The notes beneath the pieces are model-generated. The model was not told where the DNA came from and did not search any database. It saw only the letters and a program-made list of their open reading frames with translations. Both the position numbers and the translations under genes were made by a program. A stretch of DNA of 32,294 nucleotides from Octopus bimaculoides. Lineage: Eukaryota. The stretch covers positions 53,163,414 through 53,195,707 of the forward strand of contig NC_068999.1 in the NCBI RefSeq assembly GCF_001194135.2, given 5' to 3'. Position 1 is the stretch's first letter. Each line of letters opens with the position of its first letter. Positions 11,017 to 23,022 of the stretch are shown here, piece after piece.

Positions 11017-11226
11017 CTGGTAGAATCGTTGACATGCCGGATTAAATCGTTGGCGGCATTTCGTCCGTCTTTACGTTCTGAATTCAAATTTCGCAGAGGT
11101 TGACTTTGCCTTTCATCCTTTCGGAGTCGATAAAATAAATACCAGTTGAGTACTGGAGGTTCATGTAATCGACTTAACCCCTCTCCCGTCTCCGAACTTG
11201 CTGGCCTTGTGCCAAAATTTATAACC
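11017..11226 (+). mobile_element. SINE, family with CTGGCAGAA...TTTCATCCTTTCGG.GTCGAT core
   Basis: Shares TTCTGA.TTCAAATT, GACTTTGCCTTTCATCCTTTCGG and GGCCTTGTGCCAAAATTT blocks with several other copies in the window. Confidence 0.85.
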
Positions 11227-11266
11227 ATCATCATCATCATCATCATTATTATTATTATTATTATTA

Positions 11267-11313
<47 letters not shown>

Positions 11314-11321
11314 CATTATTA

Positions 11322-11386
<65 letters not shown>

Positions 11387-11420
11387 GTTATTATTATTGC
11401 TGTTGTTGCCATTGCTGCTG

Positions 11421-11646
11421 CTGGTAGAATCATTACCGTGCCGAACAAAATGCTTGTGGATATTGCTTAGCGACATTTTGTTTGTGTTTACGTTCTGAGT
11501 TCAAATTCCACCGAGGTCGACTTTGCCATTCATCCTTTCGGGGTCGATAAAAGACGTACAAGTCGAGCAATGGGGAGTGGGGAGGTCGATGTAACCGACT
11601 TAACCCCTCCCCTTAAATTGAAGGCCTTGTGCCCACAGGAGAAAGG
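11421..11646 (+). mobile_element. SINE, same family as 11017-11226
   Basis: TTCTGAGTTCAAATTCCACCGAGGTCGACTTTGCCATTCATCCTTTCGGGGTCGATAAA...GGCCTTGTGCC. Confidence 0.87.
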
Positions 11647-12130
11647 ATTATTGTTGCTGCTCTTGTTGATGCTGTCATTGTTGTTATCGTAGTCGTTGTT
11701 GTTGTTCTTCTTCTTCTTGATGATGATGATGGCATCATGGTCGTCGTCATCATTGTTGCTGTCGTTGTTCAAGCGCCGATGGTAATTGTAGCGGTGGTGG
11801 TGGTTGTGGTGGTTGTGGTGGTTGTGGTGGTGGTGGTGGTGGTGGTGGTGGTGGTGGTGGTGGTGGTGGTCGTCGTCGTCGTCGTCGTCATCATCGCCGT
11901 GCTTGAGATGATGGCGGTTATAGAATAGAAGCGATGGCCGTTGGCAGGGATGGCAGCGATGGTCGCGTTTGAGGCAATGACACTCACGGCTGTGGTGTTG
12001 CCAATAGTTGCGCTACATGTTCTAGTGGTAGTAGCACTAATAGCAATGGCGCTGCTGCAAGTAGTGCTGGTGGTAGTGGTAACAATCGTGGTTTTGGTAG
12101 CAGTAGTATTAATGGTAGTCAGAATGGTAT
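11647..12130. repeat. Compound trinucleotide zone (GTT/GTG/GTC/GAT)
   Basis: Directly visible. It produces the poly-V and poly-T ORFs. Confidence 0.93.
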
Positions 12131-12479
12131 GAAGTGGAGCAATTAAAACGAGGGGCAAGGGTTCTCATGCTTTCAATGTTTTTTCTTTATTATAAAATCC
12201 CGTTTTCCACTTTTTCTATGCACTTATTGTTGTCGAGGTTTTTGTTGCTGCTGTTGCTACTTCTGTTGATGCTGTCATTGTTGTTCGTTATTTCTACTCC
12301 GTAACTGTAGAAAAATATACATACTGGATTTTCGTTATATATTTTAATAGGAATCCCTCGCAGGGAATTGCACGGCTATATTTTTCTAATACGATTTTTT
12401 TTTCAATTGATATAAAAATATACATACATATATGCATGCATAATGTGTGCGCATGTGCCTGTGCGTAGTATAACTCATG

Positions 12480-12548
<69 letters not shown>

Positions 12549-15500
12549 ACATGCACACACACACACACACACAAATACATCCCAAGGAATGTTGACTTAA
12601 ACAGGGGAGCCTTGCCAATTTATTAGTGACCGGCTTCAAACTTGCAAAGGAAAAAAAAGACTTAAATATACCCCATAAAAAACATACATACACACATATG
12701 CAAACACATACATACATACACATCCACCCATACATATAGAAACATATACATACAAACGCACATATCAACATGCATCCAAAGACAAATACACACATACATA
12801 GACNNNNNNNNNNNNNNNNNNNNNNNNNNNNNNNNNNNNNNNNNNNNNNNNNNNNNNNNNNNNNNNNNNNNNNNNNNNNNNNNNNNNNNNNNNNNNNNNN
12901 NNNNNNNNNNNNNNNNNNNNNNNNNNNNNNNNNNNNNNNNNNNNNNNNNNNNNNNNNNNNNNNNNNNNNNNNNNNNNNNNNNNNNNNNNNNNNNNNNNNN
13001 NNNNNNNNNNNNNNNNNNNNNNNNNNNNNNNNNNNNNNNNNNNNNNNNNNNNNNNNNNNNNNNNNNNNNNNNNNNNNNNNNNNNNNNNNNNNNNNNNNNN
13101 NNNNNNNNNNNNNNNNNNNNNNNNNNNNNNNNNNNNNNNNNNNNNNNNNNNNNNNNNNNNNNNNNNNNNNNNNNNNNNNNNNNNNNNNNNNNNNNNNNNN
13201 NNNNNNNNNNNNNNNNNNNNNNNNNNNNNNNNNNNNNNNNNNNNNNNNNNNNNNNNNNNNNNNNNNNNNNNNNNNNNNNNNNNNNNNNNNNNNNNNNNNN
13301 NNNNNNNNNNNNNNNNNNNNNNNNNNNNNNNNNNNNNNNNNNNNNNNNNNNNNNNNNNNNNNNNNNNNNNNNNNNNNNNNNNNNNNNNNNNNNNNNNNNN
13401 NNNNNNNNNNNNNNNNNNNNNNNNNNNNNNNNNNNNNNNNNNNNNNNNNNNNNNNNNNNNNNNNNNNNNNNNNNNNNNNNNNNNNNNNNNNNNNNNNNNN
13501 NNNNNNNNNNNNNNNNNNNNNNNNNNNNNNNNNNNNNNNNNNNNNNNNNNNNNNNNNNNNNNNNNNNNNNNNNNNNNNNNNNNNNNNNNNNNNNNNNNNN
13601 NNNNNNNNNNNNNNNNNNNNNNNNNNNNNNNNNNNNNNNNNNNNNNNNNNNNNNNNNNNNNNNNNNNNNNNNNNNNNNNNNNNNNNNNNNNNNNNNNNNN
13701 NNNNNNNNNNNNNTATATGTATATATGTATATATGTGCCAATGTATAAACATTAATTTCAATATATACATTTTATATATTGAAAACTAACGGTTTATAAG
13801 TAAGCCCTACAAGATGCATATCTTAACGGTCGATTTTTCAAACTGTTATCGATACTTGATGTTAAATATGACACGTTATGAATGTGAACGATACCTATCC
13901 ATAGTTTCCCTGAATCGTATCTGTTACGAAACAAATGGAAATAATTTATCTACAACGGTTGAATAATAATTTTTTTTACGATCTAACTTATCCTCCATTT
14001 ATTTTATTATATAATTCTTCCATTTTGTATTATTTTTTCGTTTTATTTAAAATCTAAAAAATATATATATTTTATATACATGTATATTTTTCTTTAATTT
14101 CTATTTTTCATTATTTTTTTATTTTTATCCTTCTTATCTTCTTTCTCTACCCTTATTTTTATGGTATTTTTAATTTGCTTTATCGTACCTTTCCATATAT
14201 CTGTAACTCAGTAGCTAGATACATTAACATCTGACTTCTTAAACTTATAAGAATTTTGTATGCCTTCTTTCAAGAAATATGTTCACTTTTGTTCTAGAAG
14301 CTCATAAAACCCTGACGATATTCTGTCCCCTATAGTTGAAGATGATACCAACGCTTCACATGTGACCAAATGCTTATAATTACGTATCACCTTGGGGCAT
14401 GAATAGAAACATATATGAAGGTTTTTCGCATCTGCCAACTCTTTTAGAGCTTTACAATTTATTTGTATTGTTATTATATAAAAAATTTCAACATCTTTAT
14501 ATCATACAACTAAATAATTTATACATACATAACTCTCCATNNNNNNNNNNNNNNNNNNNNNNNNNNNNNNNNNNNNNNNNNNNNNNNNNNNNNNNNNNNN
14601 NNNNNNNNNNNNNNNNNNNNNNNNNNNNNNNNNNNNNNNNNNNNNNNNNNNNNNNNNNNNNNNNNNNNNNNNNNNNNNNNNNNNNNNNNNNNNNNNNNNN
14701 NNNNNNNNNNNNNNNNNNNNNNNNNNNNNNNNNNNNNNNNNNNNNNNNNNNNNNNNNNNNNNNNNNNNNNNNNNNNNNNNNNNNNNNNNNNNNNNNNNNN
14801 NNNNNNNNNNNNNNNNNNNNNNNNNNNNNNNNNNNNNNNNNNNNNNNNNNNNNNNNNNNNNNNNNNNNNNNNNNNNNNNNNNNNNNNNNNNNNNNNNNNN
14901 NNNNNNNNNNNNNNNNNNNNNNNNNNNNNNNNNNNNNNNNNNNNNNNNNNNNNNNNNNNNNNNNNNNNNNNNNNNNNNNNNNNNNNNNNNNNNNNNNNNN
15001 NNNNNNNNNNNNTATTATATATATATTTATGTATTTATATATGTATATATATATTTATGTACTTGTATATATTTATATATGTATATATTTATATATATGT
15101 ATTTATTCATATATATATAATTATATATTTATATATATGATTATATATATATTTATATACACTTGTGTATATATTTGTGTATACATTTGTGTTCATATTT
15201 TTATATATATTTGTGTTGACATTTGTGTATATATATGTATATATTAACATGTATGTATATATGTATAAATGTATGTGTATATATATGAGTGTAGATGTAT
15301 GTATCGAAAAGGTGAAAACAAGCAATGTTAATTCTCTAAATGAAGTATTAACAGTAACCTATTTATTTATATATATATATATACATAGGTTACATATATA
15401 TATGTGTATATTTAAATTCAATAAAAGGATAAATTCTTTTACAAGAATTCATCAAGTAGCTAGCGTGAAAAAAACCTCATAAGGGAAAAATCCATCATTT

Positions 15501-15964
15501 ATTCCCTAAAATATATTTATTTATATAAGGGCATTACTATACAAGAATGCCTCACGCTATGAGGGACTCCAAGGTCAAACTACCATAATAAACACATTTT
15601 TACCGAACGCGAGGAAATGCAACTCTCAAAGCTAGCCCCTTGAAAACAGACTGAATTATAGATCATGATAAACCACTGTACATATCCAAGACACACAGAT
15701 CTGCGCTTTTATCTCCCACAAAATCATCAGATAAAGGGGACATTACAAGGACAATTAATGTTTTCTTATTTACCACAAGGACAGTCAAATATATTGATCT
15801 TCAATTTAGGCGCAAGGTCAGCAGTTCGGGGAAGAATATACTGATCGTTCTGTCATCCCGGATTAGAAGATTTTTTAAGCTCAACAAAAGACCACAGTTC
15901 AAGATATTGTCCAACTCCTACCCAAATTCAGTTACTGTTTATGCGCCGGGCTTCCACAAAGTTT

Positions 15965-16103
15965 TAGTAGTTCTCAACCATTTTTTTTTTCTATGGACCC
16001 CTTTGATTCTTTTTGCTCAGGGAGGACGAACCCTGAAAGTCATTCGATGCATAAAAACCTCTATCGTTTTTCTGTTTAAATATTATTAGGAATTGTATAC
16101 AAA
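15965..16103 (+). mobile_element. hAT-type MITE left end (CAGTGGTTCTCAACC-like TIR), truncated
   Basis: TAGTAGTTCTCAACCATTTTT...CTATGGACCCC. Similar TIR remnants lie near 20805-20825 and 27076-27090. Confidence 0.55.
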
Positions 16104-16115
16104 TGGGGATCTGTT

Positions 16116-16292
16116 GCAAACATATTCGCACCTGTTGCTGCTACGTATGCGTCTGAACCAGTCACTTTTGCGTCTATGGCAAACATACTTGCACCTGTTG
16201 CAGCCACCCTTGCACCCGTTAAAACCATCATTGCACCTGTTGTAGCTATCATTGCTCTTCGTGCAGTCAGCCTTGCACTTATAGCAACATAC
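16116..16292. repeat. Degenerate 21-bp tandem repeat with a 63-bp higher-order period
   Basis: Units start at 16188, 16209, 16230, 16251 and 16272 (for example CTTGCACCTGTTGCAGCCACC, CTTGCACCCGTTAAAACCATC, ATTGCACCTGTTGTAGCTATC). GCAAACATA..GCACCTGTTGC recurs at 16116 and 16179. Confidence 0.8.
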
Positions 16293-16544
16293 CGTTATGT
16301 AAATTAACCCTTATGCATTTCTATTAGAGCAGCATACTACCATGTTATTAAGCCACATTATATACGATCACTTCATAACAATATACCATTAATTCATTAC
16401 TCTCGTACACAGACACAAGGTCAAGCATTAGTGAGATCAGGCATTAATGAGGTGGAATGACGGAGGACTGTTTGAATCACGTCTAATATAAAACCTTTAT
16501 GTATCACTTCAGCGACCAAAGAGCTTAGACATGGTCTTTAAGCA

Positions 16545-16715
16545 TGCGGGGCACTGCCTTGAAGGATTTTTAGTCGAATGAATCGACCCCAGTACTTGTC
16601 TTTTTAAGCCTGGTACTTATTCTACCAGTGTCTTTTGTGAGAACTGCTAAGTTACGAGGACGTAAACACACCAACACCGGTTTTCAAGCGGTGTGGGGGA
16701 CAAGCACAGACACAA

Positions 16716-16752
<37 letters not shown>

Positions 16753-16757
16753 TAAAC

Positions 16758-16806
<49 letters not shown>

Positions 16807-16962
16807 CGACGTACTTCTTTCGGTTTCCATCTACCAATTCCACTCAAAATGTTTTGGTCGGCTCAAGTCCATAGTAGAAGATACTTGCCCAAGATGCCGT
16901 GCAGTGGGATTGAACTCGGAAGCATGTAACTGGGTAGCAAGCTTCTTACCACACAGCCACGC
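16545..16962 (-). mobile_element. Near full-length tRNA-derived SINE with an internal (GATA/GACA)n array
   Basis: The tRNA/CORE-like head (16807-16962, -) matches 24012-24180 (+). The 3' body (16545-16715) matches 19578-19790 and 22590-22800. Confidence 0.88.
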
Positions 16963-17134
16963 TAGGACCTAAAGTCAACCTCGGCGAAATTTGAACGTTG
17001 ACCAATTGTACCCGGGTGATTTTCTGAACGGCACGCCAAACGAAAATTTGCATTGAATTATTTTAATACTGTGTCCACCTGACAATGAGTCATGTTTCAC
17101 ACGGTTCGCTTCTTGATATAAGTTACCTATGCTT

Positions 17135-17345
17135 GCTTTAAGTGGTCCATCGACCAGCTAGAAATAGTAACAATATTCCCTCAAATAACCGCAACGTTTT
17201 AGATAAAGGGTAGACACAGATATTGTCCTTCCTAAAATCAAATTGGATGGTCACGACTGGAATGTCTCTTTGATCATAATAAGGCTACTCTATGAGCGTC
17301 TGAGTTGGGTGTATAGAGGCATCAAGAAATTGTTGATAACAGCTA
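17135..17345 (+). mobile_element. Degenerate SINE 3' region
   Basis: CGACCAGCTAGAAATAG...TTCCCTCAAAT...GGATGGTCACGACTGGAATG, similar to 5165-5345. Confidence 0.55.
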
Positions 17346-17539
17346 AAACGACTCAAAACAGTCCGTAAATTAGGGGCAGGGAGATAAGGAAGGTGGGAAA
17401 ATAACACATACAACATTGTTGACATTCTTTAGGGCTCACTTGACCTTATTAGTTCACTTAGGGGCTACGTGAGGGCCTACTGTATGTGGTGGGGAGGAAG
17501 AAGATGGGTGTTACTGTGACTGGGTGTTGATATGCGCGC

Positions 17540-17898
17540 GCGTACGCACGCGTGTGTGTGTGTGTGCGTTTGGTCCTATGATGGTTGTGTCTGTGTGTGT
17601 GTCTCTCTAAGGATGTGTTTGATGTGTGTATGAGATGGCTGTGTGGCTGGGAGAGGGGTGGGTACATGTGTCTGTAATGTGTATGGGGAGTGGGTGTGTC
17701 TGTGACTGGGTCCGTCGATGGATGAATATGCACGTGTGTACGTTTCTCTGTGAGTGCGTGCGTGCGTGCGTGTGTGTGTGTGTGTGTGCGCGCGCATGTG
17801 TGTCCGTATTTATGCGTTTATGATGATTGTAGATCTTTCTATTTGGGTGTGTGGTATGTGTGCGCGCGTATGTGCGTGTGTCTGCGTGTCTGCGTGTG

Positions 17899-17992
<94 letters not shown>

Positions 17993-18087
17993 TACTTATG
18001 CGTTTGCGATGATTGTATATTACTGTTTGAGTGTGTGTGATTGGCTCTGTGAAAGAGTACGAGCACGGGTCTATCTAATTGTGGATT

Positions 18088-18121
<34 letters not shown>

Positions 18122-18752
18122 GGAGAGAGAGAGAGAGAGAGACAGTGATGTGGTAGGTCTGGTATCTGATGTATATCTAATGTAGTCTAATGTAGTCAGG
18201 CTTGTGTGTTGATGTAGTGTACTGTGGCTGTGTATATGCACGTGTGTGACAGCGTGTATGTGTGTGTGCGTGCGTGCGGGCGTGCGGGCGTGTGGTAAAA
18301 TGTATGTATAATATGCTCACATGAATGTATGTATGTATGTATGTATATGTCCGTGTTTATATGTGTATGTACGGTGTTTGTATGTGCGTGGTGTTATGTG
18401 CGTATATTGATGACTAGAATGTGTGTGTGTGTGTGTGTGTGTGTGTGAGTTCATCTTAGATATTGAGTAGGGAATAGCGTTTAGTGTCAGTATGTGTGTG
18501 TATGTATGTATGCATGTATGCATGCATGTATGTATGTATGTATTATGCATGTATGTGCGTGTTTGTATGTGTGAGTGTTTGTATGTGTATGTGTGTGCAT
18601 GTTTCTATGTTTATGTGTGTGTGTGTCTATGTATGTGTATGTTTGTGTGTGTATATGTTTTTACATGTGTGTGTATGTTTGTACGTGTGTATTTGTTTGT
18701 ACGTGTGTATGTGTGTGTATGTATGCTTGTGTATGTGTGTGTGTGTGTACAT
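17540..18752. repeat. Long cryptic (GT)/(GA)/(GTAT) simple-repeat zone
   Basis: Directly visible. It produces the CV-repeat ORFs. Confidence 0.93.
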
Positions 18753-18825
18753 TATGGATCTCCTGGGTAGTCTGATATATGGTGGAATTAAATAAGGGTG
18801 TGGCCGTATGTTTCATATCTTTGGA

Positions 18826-18990
18826 GTGAATAGAATCGTTCGTTAGAATGCCGGCAAAATAATTGCCCTGCGGTATTTCGTGACGGTCCTTTGCTTTCTG
18901 GGTTCAAATCCTGCCGCAGTCAACTTTGCCGTCCTTTTATTCTTCCAGCATACCAATCAAGCACTCCGATCAATATTATCGACAATAACC
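18826..18990 (+). mobile_element. Degenerate SINE (CTGGCAGAA family)
   Basis: GCGGTATTTCGT...TTCTGGGTTCAAATCCTGCCGCAGTCAACTTTGCC. Confidence 0.65.
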
Positions 18991-19574
18991 TCACCCGATC
19001 CAAAGAAGATAGACAGACAGATAGATAGATAGATAGATAGATAGCCTGACATCCAAACAGGATGTCTGTATATTTTGTTTAATGTGCGTGTGTTTGTGGG
19101 TGGCTATGATTGTATGCTTGTGAGAGTGTCTGATTACACGTGTCTGTCTGTGTGTGTGTGCGTGTGTGTCCGTGTGTGTGTGTCCGCGTGTGTGTGTGGT
19201 ATTCTGTTCCCACTAACCTGCTTTTCTCGGATTTCGTGCCTCTTCACTTGCTTATAACATGAAATATGCTTGAGAAAAACCCAAACAAGAAACCATTGTC
19301 AGATTTCCTGATCCTCAATAGTTGTAATAACATCTGAGATGATTTAGGGAACAGGAGGGCCCTAGGGGAAGGAATGAACCCTATCAATAGTTGATAGGTT
19401 TTTTTTATTTAAAGAGTAACATATTTCAGCTTCAAAGAAATTTTTGAAAATAGAAAAGAAATTTGTTTTTCTGTGAGAAATACTTTTTAGGGATGTATTG
19501 TAGGGACGGATGACAGAGTAGTAATGTAGCAATACAGGGTACTTAGGGAATAGAAGGGTATAGGCAGTCTCTTT

Positions 19575-19795
19575 CATTTGTTTCAGTCATTTGACTGTGG
19601 CCATGCTGGAGTACCGCCTTGAAGGGATTTTTAGGCGAACGAATCGACCCCAGAACTTATTCTTTAAAGCCTAGTATTTATTCTATTGGTTTCTTTTGCC
19701 GAACCGCTAGGTTACGGAGACGTAAATACACCAACACAGGTTGCCAAGCGGTGATGGGTGGACAAACACAGACACAATGACACACACATATCACA
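19575..19795 (-). mobile_element. SINE 3' body (family of 16545-16962)
   Basis: TTGTTTCAGTCATTTGACTGTGGCCATGCTGGAG...GCCGAACCGCTAGGTTACGGAGACGTAAA is the reverse complement of 22610-22795. Confidence 0.88.
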
Positions 19796-20256
19796 GGCGA
19801 TACTCCTTAAGTACAAATTCAAACTACTATTAAGAAGAAATGATTATCTCCCTTGTGATGAAAACTTCCCGCTAGAGGACATTACCAATTATTACTTTAC
19901 ACCGATAAAATACGGACAAATGTCTTCATCTTCATTATTATTTGTCATAACGTTTCGGTCGCTGTACCTGCCTACGTGCTTCTGGTGGCTGTCATATTTG
20001 TGAATTTTGTCAGAAATTAAATAGATTTTCTAACCTAGAAACATATCGAGTGACTTCAATACGACACTGCAGTTTCATCAGTTCCGTTGACGCTAAACAT
20101 ATGCGTGGTTCTGACAATCGAGCTGTAGAATTTCCTTGGAAGGCAATATTACTTACACGTATAGAAGCTATTAAGAACAGGTGGACCTGACAATGGCTAA
20201 TACCTAATATTGTTTTTGACAAATTCATAATTGCATTATTCAAAGGTACTATTTAA

Positions 20257-20470
20257 GGCGGCGAACTGGCAGGATCGTCAGCACGCCGGACAAAATACTT
20301 AACGGTATTTCGTCCGTCGCTATGTTTCTGATTTCAAATTCCGCCGAGGTCGACTTTACTTTTCATCTTTTCGGAGTAGATGAATTAAGTACCAGTGAAG
20401 CACTGGAGTCGATGTAATCGACTAGTTCCCTTCCCCAAAATTGCAGGCATTGTGCCTTTAGTAGAAAGGA
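20257..20470 (+). mobile_element. SINE (CTGGCAGAA family), near full length
   Basis: GGCGGCGAACTGGCAGGATCGTCAGCACGCCGG...TTCAAATTCCGCCGAGGTCGACTTT...GTCGATGTAATCGACT. A second partial head follows at about 20490-20572. Confidence 0.88.
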
Positions 20471-20829
20471 TACTTAAAAGTCATGTATAAGGCTGCAAGC
20501 TGGCAGAATAATTAGCCTGCCGGACTAAAATGCTGAGCAGCTTTGCTTCCGGCTCTTTATGGTCTGAGTTCGATGAAATAAAGCACTAATCAATGGTAAT
20601 CAACGAACCCCAGCCTCTAAAATTAATGGCCTTGTGTCAAAGTTTGAAGCAATTATTAAAAAGTGTATATTTAGCATCTCTAAAATGGAGTTAAATAGAT
20701 AATGCGTTTCTGTTGATGGAAAATTTAACTGTCTTCGATTAAATATCCTTCTCTGTAAGTAAATAAGTGTAGCAGAGTGGTAAATATAGTTCGGTGATCG
20801 AAACCTGTTGTTCTCAACCATTTTCCCCC

Positions 20830-20925
<96 letters not shown>

Positions 20926-20989
20926 GCCGCTGGTCTCTAGTGCCAAAATGTACTATCTTGAAAACAGGCTGAACGTCCAGTCAGTCATA

Positions 20990-21215
20990 CGAAATCGTCA
21001 GCACCCAAACAGCCGCACTCAGTTGTCGCAGTCTGCCTTATTCTTCGGTGTATTTAGCGGAATTCACTTTGCTTCAAGGACTGTGACCTCATAACCATCT
21101 GTCTCCTTTCTGTGGTCGGTCGAACATACCACTCTGTTTAACACCATCATCTATTCCTTGGCTGCCTCTAATTTGAATGAGGAACCTAACGCATCGCCTT
21201 GTCTAACACCATCAG
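20990..21215 (-). pseudogene. Possible highly decayed non-LTR RT remnant
   Basis: The minus strand gives GVRQGDAL (21210-21187), a duplicated GVKQS variant about 65 bp downstream, and LGADDFV around 21002-20994. These lie in different frames with stops. Confidence 0.3.
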
Positions 21216-21539
21216 CTATATCTTGTGCGATTTAGTTTGATTGAGAAGTCGAAAATACAGCCGCGTTTAAAATTATTACCTTGTCATTGAGTGCATTTGT
21301 TTCACAGTGGTAGCCCTAATGTGTTACCCAGATTAACATTAAATGTCAGATGGGGGGGGGATCTTATCACAGGCTTATGAGACCTCTGCTGATACCATCT
21401 AACGCAGTTCTACCGGTTTCAACTATACCCAGTATACTTAAAAATTTGCACCATATACCCGGTTCCATCAAGCTATGCTTTTTTATGTATCATTTTTCTG
21501 TTTTAAACTGGAGATTGTTCTACAGATGTTCAAGTTCAG

Positions 21540-21832
21540 CTTCGACCACATTCGACGAGGGTTCCAGTTGATCCGATCGACCGAACAGCCTACTCGTGAG
21601 CACTCCACAGACACACATACCCTTAACGTAGTTCTCAGGTAGTTTCAGCATGATACAGAATGTGTTAACAAGACTGGCTCTATGAAATACAGGTACTCGT
21701 TTTTTTTTTCGCTAGCTGAGTGGACTGGAGCAACGTAAAATAAAGTGTCTTGCTCAAGTAATTGAACCTTACGGGAATTGAACCTTACGACCGTGAGCCG
21801 AATACCTCAACCATTAAGCCACGTGTCTTCAC
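21540..21832 (-). mobile_element. tRNA/CORE-like SINE (family of 7889-8125)
   Basis: GCTGAGTGGACTGGAGCAACG...AAGTGTCTTGCTCAAG...AAGCCACGTGTCTTC is the reverse complement of the 7889-8030 blocks. Confidence 0.82.
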
Positions 21833-22569
21833 CTCGACCAAGTTAATCTCATACTCGAGAGATGAGACATGCAAAAGAAAATTTTAAAACTATGCAACAA
21901 AAGCGCTATGGATCCCTAATTAATCAACTTAGGTTTTAAAAAAAGATTTTTTCTTGATGCCCAAAGGCGCTGCCAGACACAGACAGACGGGTATACAGAA
22001 TAGGAATGTGGTAGATAGTGTAACAAAACACAAACATTCTTTTCAGTTTGGAATTTCAAAAACGGATGCTGGAATGTAACAAGATAAAAGGACTTTGAAG
22101 AAGTAACTGACGAATTCCAAAATGAGTAGGGTTTTTTTTCCAAATTTGGCGAAGATATTACTTCTATAGTTCCTATATGTGGGTACACATATATGTATTG
22201 TATGTATGTGTATGTTGTCTGTCTCTGTGTGCGTATACATACACATATCTATATCTATGTTTATATATATATATATATNNNNNNNNNNNNNNNNNNNNNN
22301 NNNNNNNNNNNNNNNNNNNNNNNNNNNNNNNNNNNNNNNNNNNNNNNNNNNNNNNNNNNNNNNNNNNNNNNNNNNNNNNNNNNNNNNNNNNNNNNNNNNN
22401 NNNNNNNNNNNNNNNNNNNNNNNNNNNNNNNNNNNNNNNNNNNNNNNNNNNNNNNNNNNNNNNNNNNNNNNNNNNNNNNNNNNNNNNNNNNNNNNNNNNN
22501 NNNNNNNNNNNNNNNNNNNNNNNNNNNNNNNNNNNNNNNNNNNNNNNNNNNNNNNNNNNNNNNNTATAT

Positions 22570-22798
22570 ATATATATATGTATATATGTATGTGTGTGTG
22601 TATATGGTTGTGTGTCTGTGTTTGTCCCCCCCACCCAACATCGCTTGACAACCGATGCTGGTGTGTTTATGTCCCCGTAACTTAGCGGTTCGGCAAAAGA
22701 GACCGATAGAATAAGTCCTGGGGTCGATTTTGTCGACTAGAGGCGGTGCTCCAGCATAGCCACAGTCAAATGACTGAAACAAGTAAAAGAGTAAAAGA

Positions 22799-22800
<2 letters not shown>
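22570..22800 (+). mobile_element. SINE 3' body and tail (family of 16545-16962)
   Basis: GTGTTTGTCCCC...CGGTTCGGCAAAAGAGACCGATAGAATAAG...CAAATGACTGAAACAAGTAAAAGAGTAAAAGAG. Confidence 0.88.
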
Positions 22801-22845
<45 letters not shown>

Positions 22846-22901
22846 NNNNNNNNNNNNNNNNNNNNNNNNNNNNNNNNCGTGTATATACATATTCATATAA
22901 T

Positions 22902-22932
<31 letters not shown>

Positions 22933-22979
22933 AGCCGTTGGCAATTTTTTTCTCCTTCCTTTTCTTTTGGACTTTCCTA

Positions 22980-23022
22980 TGTCTCCTGTTCCGAAGAAGA
23001 GCTTTGCTCGAAACGTAAGACA
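22980..23022 (+). ncRNA. Minimal PLE-type hammerhead-like motif with a U4C core variant
   Basis: CCGAAGA-A-GAGC/TTT/GCTC-GAA-ACGT-A-AGACA. Stem III is the palindrome ACGT. TGTCT (22980-22984) can pair with AGACA only across a 6-nt bulge. Confidence 0.45.

Noticed and set aside
13905-13945. CTGAATC-GTA/TAC-GAAAC HHR-like string
   Set aside because: G8 and A9 are missing and there is no valid NUH triplet in register with stem I.
13787-13959. Three YAACGG (Myb-like) sites
   Set aside because: These are short motifs with no supporting context, and chance occurrence cannot be excluded.
19218-19250. Possible 33-nt minus-strand exon ending CAG|GTTAGT
   Set aside because: Only weak AAG acceptors are available, and no similarity is recognisable.
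19943-19998. CAGAAGC...GAAACGTT on the minus strand as a PLE HHR
   Set aside because: The core has two mismatches, and the flanks are direct rather than complementary, so there is no stem I.
20060-20092. CTGATGAAACTGCAGTG on the minus strand
   Set aside because: There is no stem II between the core halves, position 17 is G and there is no stem I.
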